Source: Malacoraja senta (lineage: Eukaryota). From it: a stretch of 64,000 nucleotides of DNA. The stretch covers positions 1 to 64,000 of the forward strand of contig JAXLNO010000709.1 of the NCBI GenBank assembly GCA_038087875.1. The letters run 5' to 3'. The notes under the pieces were generated by a model. That model was not told where the DNA came from and made no database searches. It was given only the letters and a program-made list of their open reading frames with translations. Below, in pieces: positions 13,132-25,130 of the stretch. Numbering within the stretch: position 1 is the stretch's first letter; each line of letters begins with the position of its first letter. The position numbers and the translations under genes were made by a program.

Positions 13132-13681
13132 AGGGGCTGTTCCACTATGGCGACCTAATTCGCGAGTTCTGGCGAGTTTGCCCTCGACTCGTACTCGGAG
13201 CATGGTTGACACGAGGTCCTAGGAGGTCTTTGTAACTCACCTTCATGCTCGAGGATGGTCGCCGCGTACTCGAGGCCTCAGCTAGGTCGCGGCATATTTA
13301 TCAACGTTGAAAAATGCCTGCGAGTAAAAAAAAAGGTCGCCATTTAAAAATCGATACTTTTTAACCTGTAGGTTTAGTCGAAATAGGTCGTAGTAGGCCG
13401 GCATGTTATTCATAGGTAATCGAGGGTAGTCGAAGGTAATCGAAGGTAGTCGTAGATAGTCTTTAACATAGTCGAAGGGAGGTCGAAGGAGATCGAAGGA
13501 GGCCGTCTTCACTCTCCACTATTCGGAGTCCAATTTTCCCGAAGCTAGTCGAAGCTAGTCTTCAACATAGTCGAAGGAGGTCTTCTACATATTCGAAGGA
13601 GGTCTTCAACATGACATTTTTTCAAATTCTCCTGAACTCTTCTAAACTCGCGAATTAGGTTGCCGCAGTGGGACAGCCCCT
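13132..13681. mobile_element. PIF/Harbinger-type MITE
   Basis: TIRs AGGGGCTGTTCCACTATGGCGACCTAATTCGCGAGTT / AACTCGCGAATTAGGTTGCCGCAGTGGGACAGCCCCT, with TAA/TTA flanks (TWA target). Internal GTCGAAGG repeats. Confidence 0.8.
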
Positions 13682-14058
13682 TTATCATTTTCAATAATCG
13701 GCATACAGTTTCCATGTGGTCGTTATGTTGTTGGAACTTGAGGTCAATGATAAAGGTCGAGCTTTAAAAAAAAAATTGAAACCGTTAGTTAAGCAGTAAC
13801 ACACATGCCGAAGATAATGTTAGTGCACTTTGGACCATAACAAAGATTTAGCAATTTGATTGATTAGATCAGGAAATTTGTAATTTCTCAAAGGTGTCCA
13901 TGATTCAAAGTTAAACTGACATCAGATGCTGTAAACTGAATTTTGTGACTACATTTTTTCAAATCCATTTGTGTGAATAGAGAGCACAAGTGAATTTCAT
14001 CTTTAGCAACTGCAAGGGAGCAAAGTACCTTTGGAGATTTACTAAGTAAGTTGTAGAG

Positions 14059-14708
14059 CAGGGGTCGGCAACCTTGTTCTGCTTAGGGGCTAGGACCTAT
14101 GACTGTGAGCGGATGGCAGGCAACCACTGAAGTCCATAGTTAATAAATGGAGGTAATAATAATACATACTAACTAAATTAATAATTAGTAATAATACATA
14201 CTAATAATACATAAATTAGTAATAATACATACTAATAATACATACTAACGAGTGTGACACTTGGTGTTGTTTTTCGCATTAGTTTTCACGTGTTTTTCAA
14301 TTCATTTTCTGCTGTTCCCAGATCCCTTGCGTCCCCGGGACTGGCTGCAGTTCCCAGATCCCTTGCATCCCCGGAACTGGCTGCAGTTCCCAGACCCCTC
14401 GAGTCCCCGGGACTAGCTGCAGTTCCCAGGTCGCCTGCGTGCCCCAGGACTGGCTGTTGTTCCCAGATCCCTTGCGTCCCCGGGACTAGCTGCAGTTCCC
14501 AGACCCCTTGCGTCCCCGGGACTAGCTGCTGTTCCCAGGTCGCCTGCGAGCCCCAGGACTGGCTGTAGCTCCCAGGTTGCCTGCGAGCCCCGGGACTGGC
14601 TGTAGCGCCCAGGTCGTGAAAACTAATTGAAAACAAAACGCCTGCGGGCCGGATGAATTTGGGTTAAGGGCCGGATCTGGCCCGTGGGCCGTAGGTTGCC
14701 GAGCCCTG
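14059..14708. mobile_element. hAT (Charlie-like) MITE with internal 36-bp tandem repeat
   Basis: TIRs CAGGGGTCGGCAACC / GGTTGCCGAGCCCTG with perfect 8-bp TSD TTGTAGAG. GC-rich 36-mer array at ~14310-14613. Confidence 0.9.
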
Positions 14709-16954
14709 TTGTAGAGACTACTAATTTACTTTTGGGTAGACATGGCACAAATAATACTGTGCCGAATAGGTGTTTTTGAGCGTATCAATGTTGATTGCTT
14801 TCTTAAAAGAGATATAAACAGAATATACTGGAAATACATTGTGTTCACATTATTTTGCCTTTTTTAATTGTGTGGAGGGATTAGAAGGAAGTATCTAAAC
14901 AATGAACAAGCATTCAGCCTTGAATATAAAGACAATTAATATTTATTTTATTGAAGTAGGAGTTTGTATTTTGAAAGGCAATATTTAACCATTATCCTAT
15001 CTTGCTCTTCTTGTCTTCCAAGCACTTTTATGATCACATTTTTTAAAATATAGATTCTCAATGTAGGCAATATGATGAAAATGTTGTCTCCATACAAACA
15101 AAGCATGTTAGAACTACTTTGTTTTTAGAGAATAATAAAAGTGAGTAAGGTTCAGAAGGTAAAGATAATACTGATAGCTTTTCAATGATTCAGCATATTG
15201 CTTATTTCAATGTTCCCAATATTGTCCATTAAGAGACCTCCCAGTCCAGCTTCTGGCCTGCATTGGCCAAAATTACAGATGACATCTTGTTTGGTTAAAG
15301 CTTTACAAAATCCGTCATCCTTCTGGCCCTTGTTATTGACATCAGTTTGTTTTATTGTTTGCATATTTTTAAACAATTCATCATTGATTGTAGATTTTAT
15401 TTCATTTTTTTATTTCCACATCCACTGAATATTCTTCATGATCATATGTTCATATCAATTGAATGTAACATTTCAGAGAAATAATATTTCAGAGAAGATA
15501 ATGTATATTTTAGAAAGGATCCGGATGACAATTTGAAAACAAAGAATGGTAGCAGATGTGGAGAAATGCTTGTTTGGGATTGTTGGCTTCTGTTGAAGAG
15601 GGAGCTAGCAGAAGACTAGGTTTTGGAATTTCTATCACGGGTTCGAATTGATATAAACCTTGATATAAGGGAAAACAATGTTCCCATGGCTAGCATCTTG
15701 AAAGTCATGGAATTGCAACTCCAAGTGGTGCAGCGGTAGAGTTGCTGCCTTACAGCACTTGCAGCGCCGAGAGTGTATGCAGGATAGTGTTAATGAGCGG
15801 GGATCGCTGGTCGGCGCGGACCCGGTGGGCTGAAGGGCCTGTTTCCGTGCGGTGTATCTCTAAATTGTGATGAAGTGAGACTGCTTTTCGCAACTTGTAA
15901 TATTGTAATGGAAGAGAAGGAATTCTATTTTCAGACTGGGGGAAGCAAATATTTCAATTTAGCTCAGTAACATATACAAACAGTACTGTCTTTGTTATTT
16001 CTGATTTTGAAATTCATCTTGAGATTAGCTATGTTGAAGTAGGAATTCTCAAGAGAACTTGCTAGCCCAATGCTGCCTGAATTGTACTGCCACACCGCCA
16101 CTTGAATCATGACTTCAGTATATCTGTTTCTGTGGAAAAGCTGAGATTTAGCTAAATAAGATGTTTATGGTCAGGCAGGGAGAAAATAAATGTCATGTGA
16201 GAATGGGGTTGGGTTTGTCCCAACATATTTCATAGTTGTTTTCACAAATGAGACAGTTCTCAAAGACTATGACATAAAAGGGCAGTTTGTTTGTGTCTAC
16301 TAAATGAACTGGGAGGCCACCCATTTAACAAAGAAGGGGACAGGAGAATAATGCCCAATCACACATCTGTGACCGGTTATTAGTTTACAGAGAAAAATAA
16401 GTATTGCCCACTTGAAAGAACCTGGGTCGTTTTAAAGTTTTGGCTGAATGGTTGGCAAGTGGGAAGTATAAAACCTATGACTCATTTGACATGGACAAAA
16501 AATTACAAGTTGTATGGTAGCTGGCAAAACAAGTCTTTGTTCACGATCAATCTGGCTGTAATTACAATCGTATTACATTGGTTTAGGGAAAATACAAATG
16601 ATTTCACTTATTTTGGCCAGATAACACAGATGTCCTCCACTCTTAAGTACTTCCTAGCAATCTAATTCAATGGTTCAGTGATGTATGCAAACATGTTTTA
16701 AAATCTCTTCCAAATCACTCCTCATTGTGTATGTAAATTTCTTGGAAATGGGTATCATTGACAATTCCTGCATTTAATGCACATCCTGGAAGCATAACGT
16801 TATTCTGTTTTTCTAAGTCTTGTTAAAACATGGATGATTATTGATTTATCAGAGAAGGCTGTGAGGCAGCAATGAATAAAAATGTTATTACCCAGGTTTG
16901 ATCTTGGAATACCCGGGGCCCATCCTTCTGACTATAACAGTGTCCCATTGCCTG

Positions 16955-17068
16955 TTTACGTGGGATTATGATGGAAGAGTCCAGCACATAAGCAAATGGA
17001 TATGAATTAATAACAATGACATATCTTTCACTCATGTGCTGGACTCTTCCATCATAATCCCACGTAAA
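16955..17068. repeat. Perfect 35-bp inverted repeat (hairpin)
   Basis: 16955-16989 is the exact reverse complement of 17034-17068. The 44-nt loop can also pair GATATG with CATATC. Confidence 0.95.
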
Positions 17069-18184
17069 GTTTTAAAGTCCCGCATCTTGGTTATTTCCTG
17101 GCTTTCCATTATTTTATTTCTCGTAGTCTCCAAGATATCAATAAAAGCAAGTAACAAATATTGATTGAGATGTGTTTGCAAGTTTTGAAATTAATGTGGG
17201 CAGAGTTTTAAATTTTGAGTCCTAGTTTGATTTTTTTTTAAATGATCCCCTTCATTTGTCTTGCAGTGAATACATGCAATAAGCAGGGTCTTGAGATCGT
17301 GAAGATCTTCCTTTTCAAGTAACTATTGTGAGGAAAAACTGCAATAGTTATTCCCACGTTCGACATATAATTCATCAAAGACTTATCAGCAGCAAAACCC
17401 AGGATAAAACAGGAGATACTGGACAGATTACATGTAATGCAGTGCTGTGCAAAGTGGTGCAGTATGGTAGGAAGAATGAGGAGTTGCAATATGAAATGAA
17501 AAATATGTTACAGAAAAAAGAAATCTCAGGCTATGTGTGCACAGATCTTTACGGCTAATTGGGCATTCATAGTCATACAACATGGAAACAGCGATCGGCC
17601 CAACTCAGCCATGCCAACCAAGATACCCCATCTAAGCTGTTCCATTTGGTCCACAGTTGGCCCACATTCCTCTAAAGCTTTCCTATCCATATACTTGTCC
17701 AAGGTCCTTTTAAAAATGCCTTTAAAATGCTGTATATTACAGTTGTTTTTTTTTTAAATGCGCTTAGGGCGTGTTAATAGAGGCACAGAATACAAAGAAG
17801 TTATGCCAAAGCTTTTGGATTTCAGCTGGTGCAATCATTTCCTTGCTGGAAAGCAGACTAGAGGCAGGACATCGTGACATCAGGAAGAGTACAGAAAAAA
17901 CATTGGTAGACTGATATCAGAAGCGTGGAAATTAACGACTGTAGATTGACTGAAGCAGAGGTAATTTTCCTTAAATCAGAGAAAGTTAAGAGGAATTTTG
18001 TTCGAGATTGTAGATCTCAAGTGACTATTTTCACTGGCAGAAGGATCTGTGAACACATAACCTATTTAAGGTTAATGGTAAAAAAAAAAGTCTAAGAGAC
18101 ATGAGCTATGAAATGTGTCAAAGTATTGGGATTGCATTTTGTGAAGAAATGTAAAGATTGAATAAGCAGCACCTTTCAAAAGAG

Positions 18185-18317
18185 TCTGAAGAAGGGTTTC
18201 GGCCAGAAACGTTGCCTATTTCCTTTGCTCCATAGATGCTGCTGCACCCGCTGAGTTTCTCCAGCATTTTCTGTGTACCTTCGATTTTCCAGCATCTGCA
18301 GTTCCTTCTTTAACACG
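18185..18317 (+). mobile_element. Short hammerhead-bearing PLE-derived element (UUCG subfamily), 11-bp TSD
   Basis: TTTCAAAAGAG at 18174-18184 and 18318-18328. Core CTGAAGAAGGGTTTCGGCCAGAAACGTT. Confidence 0.8.
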
Positions 18318-19551
18318 TTTCAAAAGAGAGTTTGATTAATATTTTGAGGCAAAATATTTACAGGACTTGAAAAAGTGCTGGTTGAATGGAATGCCTCTGC
18401 AAAAGAGGTGTCATTGGCACAATGGACCTAATGGTCTCCTTTTTGTGCCTTAATATATTAAAACACCCAAACATAATTTAATATTTTGGTGTTGGCAAAC
18501 TATTAAAGACAAATCCACACAAAATCAGGAAATGGCATCATTTTATTGGTTTGATATGTAACTTTCATTGTTTCGAGATCAGTACAAGTGGTTTTATGTA
18601 TCTTTTATGTAAGATTGCTCAAGTGGGTCCAATTGTCTGCATGCCAAAATGAATCTGTGAACTTAACAACAACTATTGTATTATAAAGCAATATTGGCCA
18701 ACAAATTAGCCACCATCCACATGTGGAGTCCAGATGAGACTAATTGTATTTCTAAATACTAAATTAAAATGAATAACTGTAATGCTAATGATAATCAGCA
18801 CTTAGTTTTTCACTGATGTATTGATGTGTTCGTATACCTTTTATGTATATTTGCTGGTAACACATAAGAACAGATAATATGAATGTTTTGGCATGATACT
18901 ACGATGACAGAATTGCATGGCACTTGCTCATCAAATGTACATAAAACAGTGTAATATACAGTATTGTGGCAAAATGAGTATCATTTTAGCCACATGTTTT
19001 TATTAGACAGCAGTTTTCATTGGGCGTGCTAGTGTAAAGCAGTTTAGTTTAACAATATTGTTGTACTTCCAATATTATTATTGCCACTTTGTTGATATTA
19101 CAAATTTCCCTCTCAGATTTGAAGAAATAGAGTTGAAGCTGACTTATACAGTGCCCTTCATAATGTTTGGGACAAAGACCCATCATTTATTTATTTGCCT
19201 CTGTACTTCTTCTTAAGCCCCCTTCGGTCATGGCTGACCATGGATGTCTCCAGGGTTGGAGGACGCCAGTGCGTGACTTTGTTTAACTTGGGGAGACTGG
19301 TGCACAGATAGCCACCACATGGTCCTTGACAAATCTGGGTCAGGATCCAGTGTCATGGAGTCCAAGACGACCGGAGACCCTTTTCTGCTGCAGCCTTCAT
19401 CCGCCTTCCCAGCCGTTGTGACGCTCCATTAAGGTCAGCCATCATCCTCCGACTGTTCCACCGTTGAGGTCTTGGTTGGATTGCTCTTTGTCAGAGTCCT
19501 CCCACTCGACCTTACCGTCATGGGTGGCCCTACCAGGAGCATAGCTCCAGA

Positions 19552-21528
19552 CATAGATACATAGAAAATAGGTGCAGGAGTAGGCCATTCGGCCCTTCGA
19601 GCCTGCACCGCCATTCAATATGATCATGGCTGATCATCCAACTCAGTATCCCGTACCTGCCTTCTCTCCATACCCCCTGATCCCTTTAGCCACAAGGGCC
19701 ACATCTAACTCCCTCTTAAATATAGCCAATGAACTGGCCTCAACTACCCTCTGTGGCAGAGAGTCCAGAGATTCACCACTCTCTGTGTGAAAAAGTTTTT
19801 CCTCATCTCGGTCGTAAAGGATTTCCCCCTTATCCTTAAGCTGTGACCCCTTGTCCTGGACTTCCCCAACATCGGGAACAATCTTCCTGCATCTAGCCTG
19901 TCCAACCCCATAAGAATTTTGTACGTTTCTATAAGATCCCCTCTCAATCTCCTAAATTCTAGCGAATATAAGCCAAGTCTATCCAGTCTTTCTTCATATG
20001 AAAGTCCTGACATCCCAGGAATCAGTCTGGTGAACCTTCTCTGCACTCCCTCTATGGCTATAATGTCCTTCCTCAGATTTGGAGACCAAAACTGTATGCA
20101 ATACTCCAGGTGTGGTCTCACTAAGACCCTGTACAACTGCAGTAGAACCTCCCTGCTCCTATACTCAAGTCCTTTTGCTATGAAAGCTAACATACCATTC
20201 GCTTTCTTCACTGCCTGCTGCACCTGCATGCCTACTTTCAATGACTGGTGTACCATGACACCCAGGTCTCGCTGCATCTCCCCTTTTCCTAATCGGCCAC
20301 CATTTAGATAATAGTCTGCTTTCCTGTTTTTGCCACCAAAGTGGATAACCTCACATTTATCCACATTATACTGCATCTGCCAAACATTTGCCCACTCACC
20401 CAGCCTATCCAAGTCACCTTGCAGTCTCCTAGCATCCTCCTCACAGCTAACACTGCCCCCCAGCTTAGTGTCATCCGCAAACTTGGAGATGTTGCCTTCA
20501 ATTCCCTCATCCAGATCATTAATATAAATTGTAAATAGCTGGGGTCCCAGCACTGAGTCTTGCGGTAGCCCACTAGTCACTGCCTGCCATTGTGAAAAGG
20601 ACCCGTTTACTCCTACTCTTTGCTTCCTGTTTGCCAGCCAGTTCTCTATCCACATCAATACTGAACCCCCAATACCGTGTGCTTTAAGTTTGTATACTAA
20701 TCTCTTATGTGGGACCTTGTCAAAAGCCTTCTGAAAGTCCAGATACAACACATCCACTGGTTCTCCCCTATCCACTCTACTAGTTACATCCTCGAAAAAT
20801 TCTATAAGATTCGTCAGACATGATTTACCTTTCGTAAATCCATGCTGACTTTGTCCAATGATTTCACCACTTTCCAAATGTGCTGCTATCCCATCTTTAA
20901 TAACTGACTCTAGCAGTTTCCCCACTACCGATGTTAGACTAACTGGTCTGTAATTCCCCGTTTTCTCTCTCCCTCCCTCCCTTCTTAAAAAGTGGGGTTA
21001 CGTTTGCTACCCTCCAATCCTCAGGAACTACTCCAGAATCTAAAGAGTTTTGAAAAATTATCATTAATGCATCCACTATTTCTGGAGCTACTTCCTTAAG
21101 TACTCTGGGATGCAGCCTATCTGGCCCTGGTGATTTATCGGCCTTTAATCCATTCAATTTACCCAACACCACTTCCCGACTAACCTGGATTTCACTCAGT
21201 TCCTCCATCTCCTTTGATCCGCGGTCCCCTGCTATTTCCGGCAAATTATTTATGTCTTCCTTAGTGAAGACGGAACCAAAGTAGTTATTCAATTGTTCCG
21301 CCATATCCTTGTTCCCCATGATCAATTCACCTGTTTCTGACTGCAAGGGACCTACATTTGTTTTAACTAATCTCTTTCTCTTCACATATATATAAACACT
21401 TTTGCAGTCAGTTTTTATGTTCCCTGCCAGTTTCCTTTCATAATCTATTTTCCCTTTCCTAATTAAGCCCTTTGTCCTCCTCTGCTGGTCTCTGAATTTC
21501 TCCCAGTCCTCTGGTATGCTGCTTTTTC
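19552..21528 (-). mobile_element. CR1/HER1-like LINE, 5'-truncated, young
   Basis: A 393-aa RT ORF (QHGFTKGKSCLTNL, YLDFQKAFDKV, FADDTKL, RPHLEY) plus an upstream 216-aa frame. Nearly identical to 56739-57883. Confidence 0.95.
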
Positions 21529-22555
21529 TGTTACAACATTTTGAGATTTTAAAAATAAAGTCTGCAATTTCTCCCATCAGATAAAGCATAAAAAGAAGTT
21601 TAATTTGACACCTAATTCACTTTCATATCTTCAGTATTAAAGAAGTTATGGCCATTTTCATACACGGAAATTAGCATCTTGTTCCCTATTGCTTTTCCAT
21701 TGACTTAACACAAAAGCTGTGATCGAGGACAGTTAAAAGCCCATAACTTTCTTAAAAATTAAGATAACTGAAAGAAATTTTCAGTTATTATAGATTGAAG
21801 CATTCTGAAACAAATATCAAACAATCTTACTTAGAAGACATGAAAGTAAAGTATATAATTAGTTAGTTACCTAATTGTAGCTAATTACAAAATTCAATTA
21901 CTAGATCTAAACATCTATCAATTTCTTAAGAATAGATTAACATTTTTAAATAGCCTAAGTGTCCAAATAACATTCACACAATAATTCACAATATAACATA
22001 ATTTTTAAATCTAATTTTCATGAATTTACAGGCCAAATGGAAGGAATGGAATGTTTAATACCTGTAAATTAATGGGCATTTAAATCATCTTGTGAGTGAG
22101 GATTTCTGGAACGCGATCTTTTGGAACGTTCATTTGCGGTGAATTTAACCCCGTATTGGCATGACAAATACTGCCGTTCGGGGAATAAAATCACCGTTTC
22201 GCATGAAAAAATGTGAATTAAAGGCTTCTTAAGAAGCACTTTTATACATTTAAAGAAACCACTTTCGTTTACCTGTCCCGTGTGTGAAATCCGTCCCCGT
22301 TTTCGGCGTTGACACTTCAGGAGCTGCTTTTAAAATTACTCCAGCGCTGACATTGACGATTTAATAAAAATAAAAAATTCACAAAACGCCCCTAGGAACG
22401 ATTTTTCAGCAAACGCTTGTACTCCAACGAAATATAATTCAGGACAAGGTAGGAGAAACCCGCATTTTAACCCCGCCCCCCCTTAAAGGCGCCAAAATCG
22501 CGCACACGGTGGCAGAATTACAGCGCGACTGAAGGTAAGTTTTGTAACATACCTA
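21529..22555. mobile_element. ~1-kb non-autonomous DNA element, copy 1 (left terminus clipped)
   Basis: Colinear with 53751-54794. Right end TTTTGTAACATACCTA. Confidence 0.8.
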
Positions 22556-22598
22556 CTATACTGCAAGATGCAAACCACTGGTTAGCTGCAAAAATAGG

Positions 22599-23235
22599 AT
22601 GGCCAGGTTTCAGTTTGCCAAGAAGTACTTAAAAGAGCAACCGCAGTTCTGCAAAAAGGTCTTGTGGACAGATGAGATGGAGATTAACTTATATCAGAGT
22701 GATGGCAAGGGCAAAGTATGGGGGAGAGAAGGAACTGCCCAAGATCCAAAGCATACCACCTCATCTGCGAAACACGGTGGTTGGGGTGTTATGGCCTGGC
22801 CATGTATGGCTGCTGAAGGTACTGGCTCACTTTTCTTCATTGATGGATAGTAGTAGCATAATTAATTCTGGTGTATAAACACATCCTATCTACTGAAGTT
22901 CAAACAAATGCCACAAAACCTATTGATCGGCGGTTCATTCTACAGCAAGCCAATGGTCCCAAACATACTGCTAAAGCAACAAAGGAGTTTTTCAAAGCTA
23001 AAAAATGGTCAATTCTTGAGTGGCCAAGTCAATCACCCGATCTGAACCCAATTGAGCATGCCTTTTATTGAAGAGAAAACTGAAGGGGACTAGCTCCCAA
23101 AACAAGCATAAGCTGACAATGGCTGCAATACAGGCCCGGTAGAGCATCACCAGAGAAGACACCCAGCAACTGCCGATGTCCATGAATCGCAGACTTCAAG
23201 CAGTCATTGCATGCAAAGGATATGCAACAAAATAA
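22599..23235 (+). pseudogene. Degenerate Tc1 DDE transposase
   Basis: Frameshifted DD34E-type motifs (WTDE, QQ[D>A]NGPKH, SPDLNPIE). Confidence 0.85.
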
Positions 23236-24243
23236 TAAGCATGACTGCTTTCAATTACTTGACATTGCTATGTCCCAAACATTATGGTGCCCTGCATGGG
23301 GGGACTATGTATAAACACTGCTGTAATTTCTACATGGTGAAAACAAAATGTATAAAAATGGCCTTTATTAAAATCTGACAATGTGCACTTTAACCACGTG
23401 TGATTTTTTTTCTATTACAAATCTCAAATTGTGGAGTACAGAGGCAAATAAATAAATTATGTGTCTTTGTCCCAAACATTATGGAGGACGCTGTAGATCA
23501 GAGTGAAAGTTGAAGATTTAGTGAGTTACACTTGGTTTCCAATGGTGATGACCTAAACACTCGGCTAAGTTGTTTGTGGTGGTTTTAATTCTCCTATTCA
23601 ATTTACATAAATTGAAATTGTGGGTTGTTTAACAACATGTAAAGCTATTATAGCTATGTGGTTCTCATTATTTTTGGGATTGTAAGTCATTATAATTGGT
23701 TTGATGGTAAAGCAGAAATTAAAATCTGGTGAGCTTTTTAATGGAACATGGACATTTACATTCTATGTAGTCAACAAGAGTGATAGTATTATTTAATGTA
23801 ATTACTGAGTAAGTGTAGGACTCGTAAACAATTATAATGAGGGAAAAACAAACAATGAGCTATGGATGAAAATCAATATATAAATGACTTGCGGGCGGAG
23901 CACTAAGGCAAATTCCTTGTATGTGAATACTTGGCCAATAAACCTATACATTCATTCATTGATTCATAAATAATAGTACAAAGATGTTTGAAAATTGAAG
24001 TGATGAATGAGAAAATGTTATGCAATTGAAGCAGGGATAATTCCAAAATTTTATTGGATTTCCAAAGATTCAAAGGCATTGATTTGAAGAACATGACATT
24101 TTACCATTAAAAGAGTTGGCAATCTCGGAACCTTTTATGATTTTAATTCATCACAAACTAGAGAGTGCTGGAAATGTTCAGCAGATCAGACAGCATCTGA
24201 AGCGAGAGAAAGTCTTAACATTCCGGATCATTGTTCTTCTTCA

Positions 24244-25130
24244 TGGCGTATGTGCAGGAGTAGGGCGCCGTTGTGTATGGCTGCTCTGCCTGCAGTCCGC
24301 CTTTTCACCCTTTTTTTATTTTATTTTTTAGTCCTGTTAAAAAACAAATGTTAGTTGGAGGTCTTTTATGTGGTGGGTGGGGAGGGGAAGGGGGAAACTT
24401 TATTTCCTAATCCCTACCTGGTCGGAGAGGCGGCTTCCCACCGAGCTGTTTCTTCGCCCCTTCCTCGCGGCCTACCATCGGACTGGAGCGGCGTTTCCTG
24501 TTGGGACCGGCCGGGACTGCAGCTTCGGCGGCGGCACAGCGCTGGGTCACCAACATGGAGCGGGCGATGCCTTACCGGGTCGCCGTGCGGTAAGCTCCGG
24601 AGTGCTGCGACTGCCGACTCCAACATCGAGGAGCTGCGGTCTGCGGAGCGTTCAGTCGCGGGCGGCGCTGAATTTGGAACACCGCTGAGCCTGGGATCGA
24701 GATCGCCGGGCTCGGAGCTCCAAACCGGCGCGGCCTGAGGACTTCGGGTGCCGCGGTCTCCGGGGAGGAGGCAGCGCTCCAGACTTTCCAAGCCGCTGAG
24801 GAATGTCCACCCGACGCCGGAGTTCCAGCTTCACGGCAAGAGGGCCTGAAAACATCGGACTGGCTGCGGAGGCCACAAATGGGCCTCGACCTCGGGTGGT
24901 CACAGAGGAAGAGGACTAAACTTTCTGGTGCCTTTCCCCACAGTGGAAAATTTTGATTCTGTTGTGGGGGGACGTTTGTGTTGAACTCTATAATGTGTTG
25001 TGTCAATTTTTCTTTTTTAAATCTTTTTCTATGGATGTACGGAAACTTATTATTTATTTTATGTAAAGCACTTTGGTTTCAATGCGAGTTGATTTAAAAT
25101 GTGCTGTATAAATAAAACTTACTTACTTAC
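24244..25130 (+). mobile_element. GC-rich non-coding retroposon with L2-like 3' tail
   Basis: TSD TTCTTCA (24237-24243, 25131-25137). 3' end TGTAAAGCACTTTG...AATAAAA(CTTA)n and a CpG-rich body. Confidence 0.65.

Larger units (their letters stand above)
19149..23493 (+). mobile_element. Tc1-family transposon (IR/DR type) with nested insertions
   Basis: TA|CAGTGCCCTTCATAATGTTTGGGACAAAGAC ... GTCTTTGTCCCAAACATTATGGAGGACGCTG|TA, with an internal direct repeat at ~23271. Transposase motifs KVLWTDE, KHGGWGVMAW, FILQQANGPKH and EWPSQSPDLNPIEH at 22599-23071. Confidence 0.9.
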
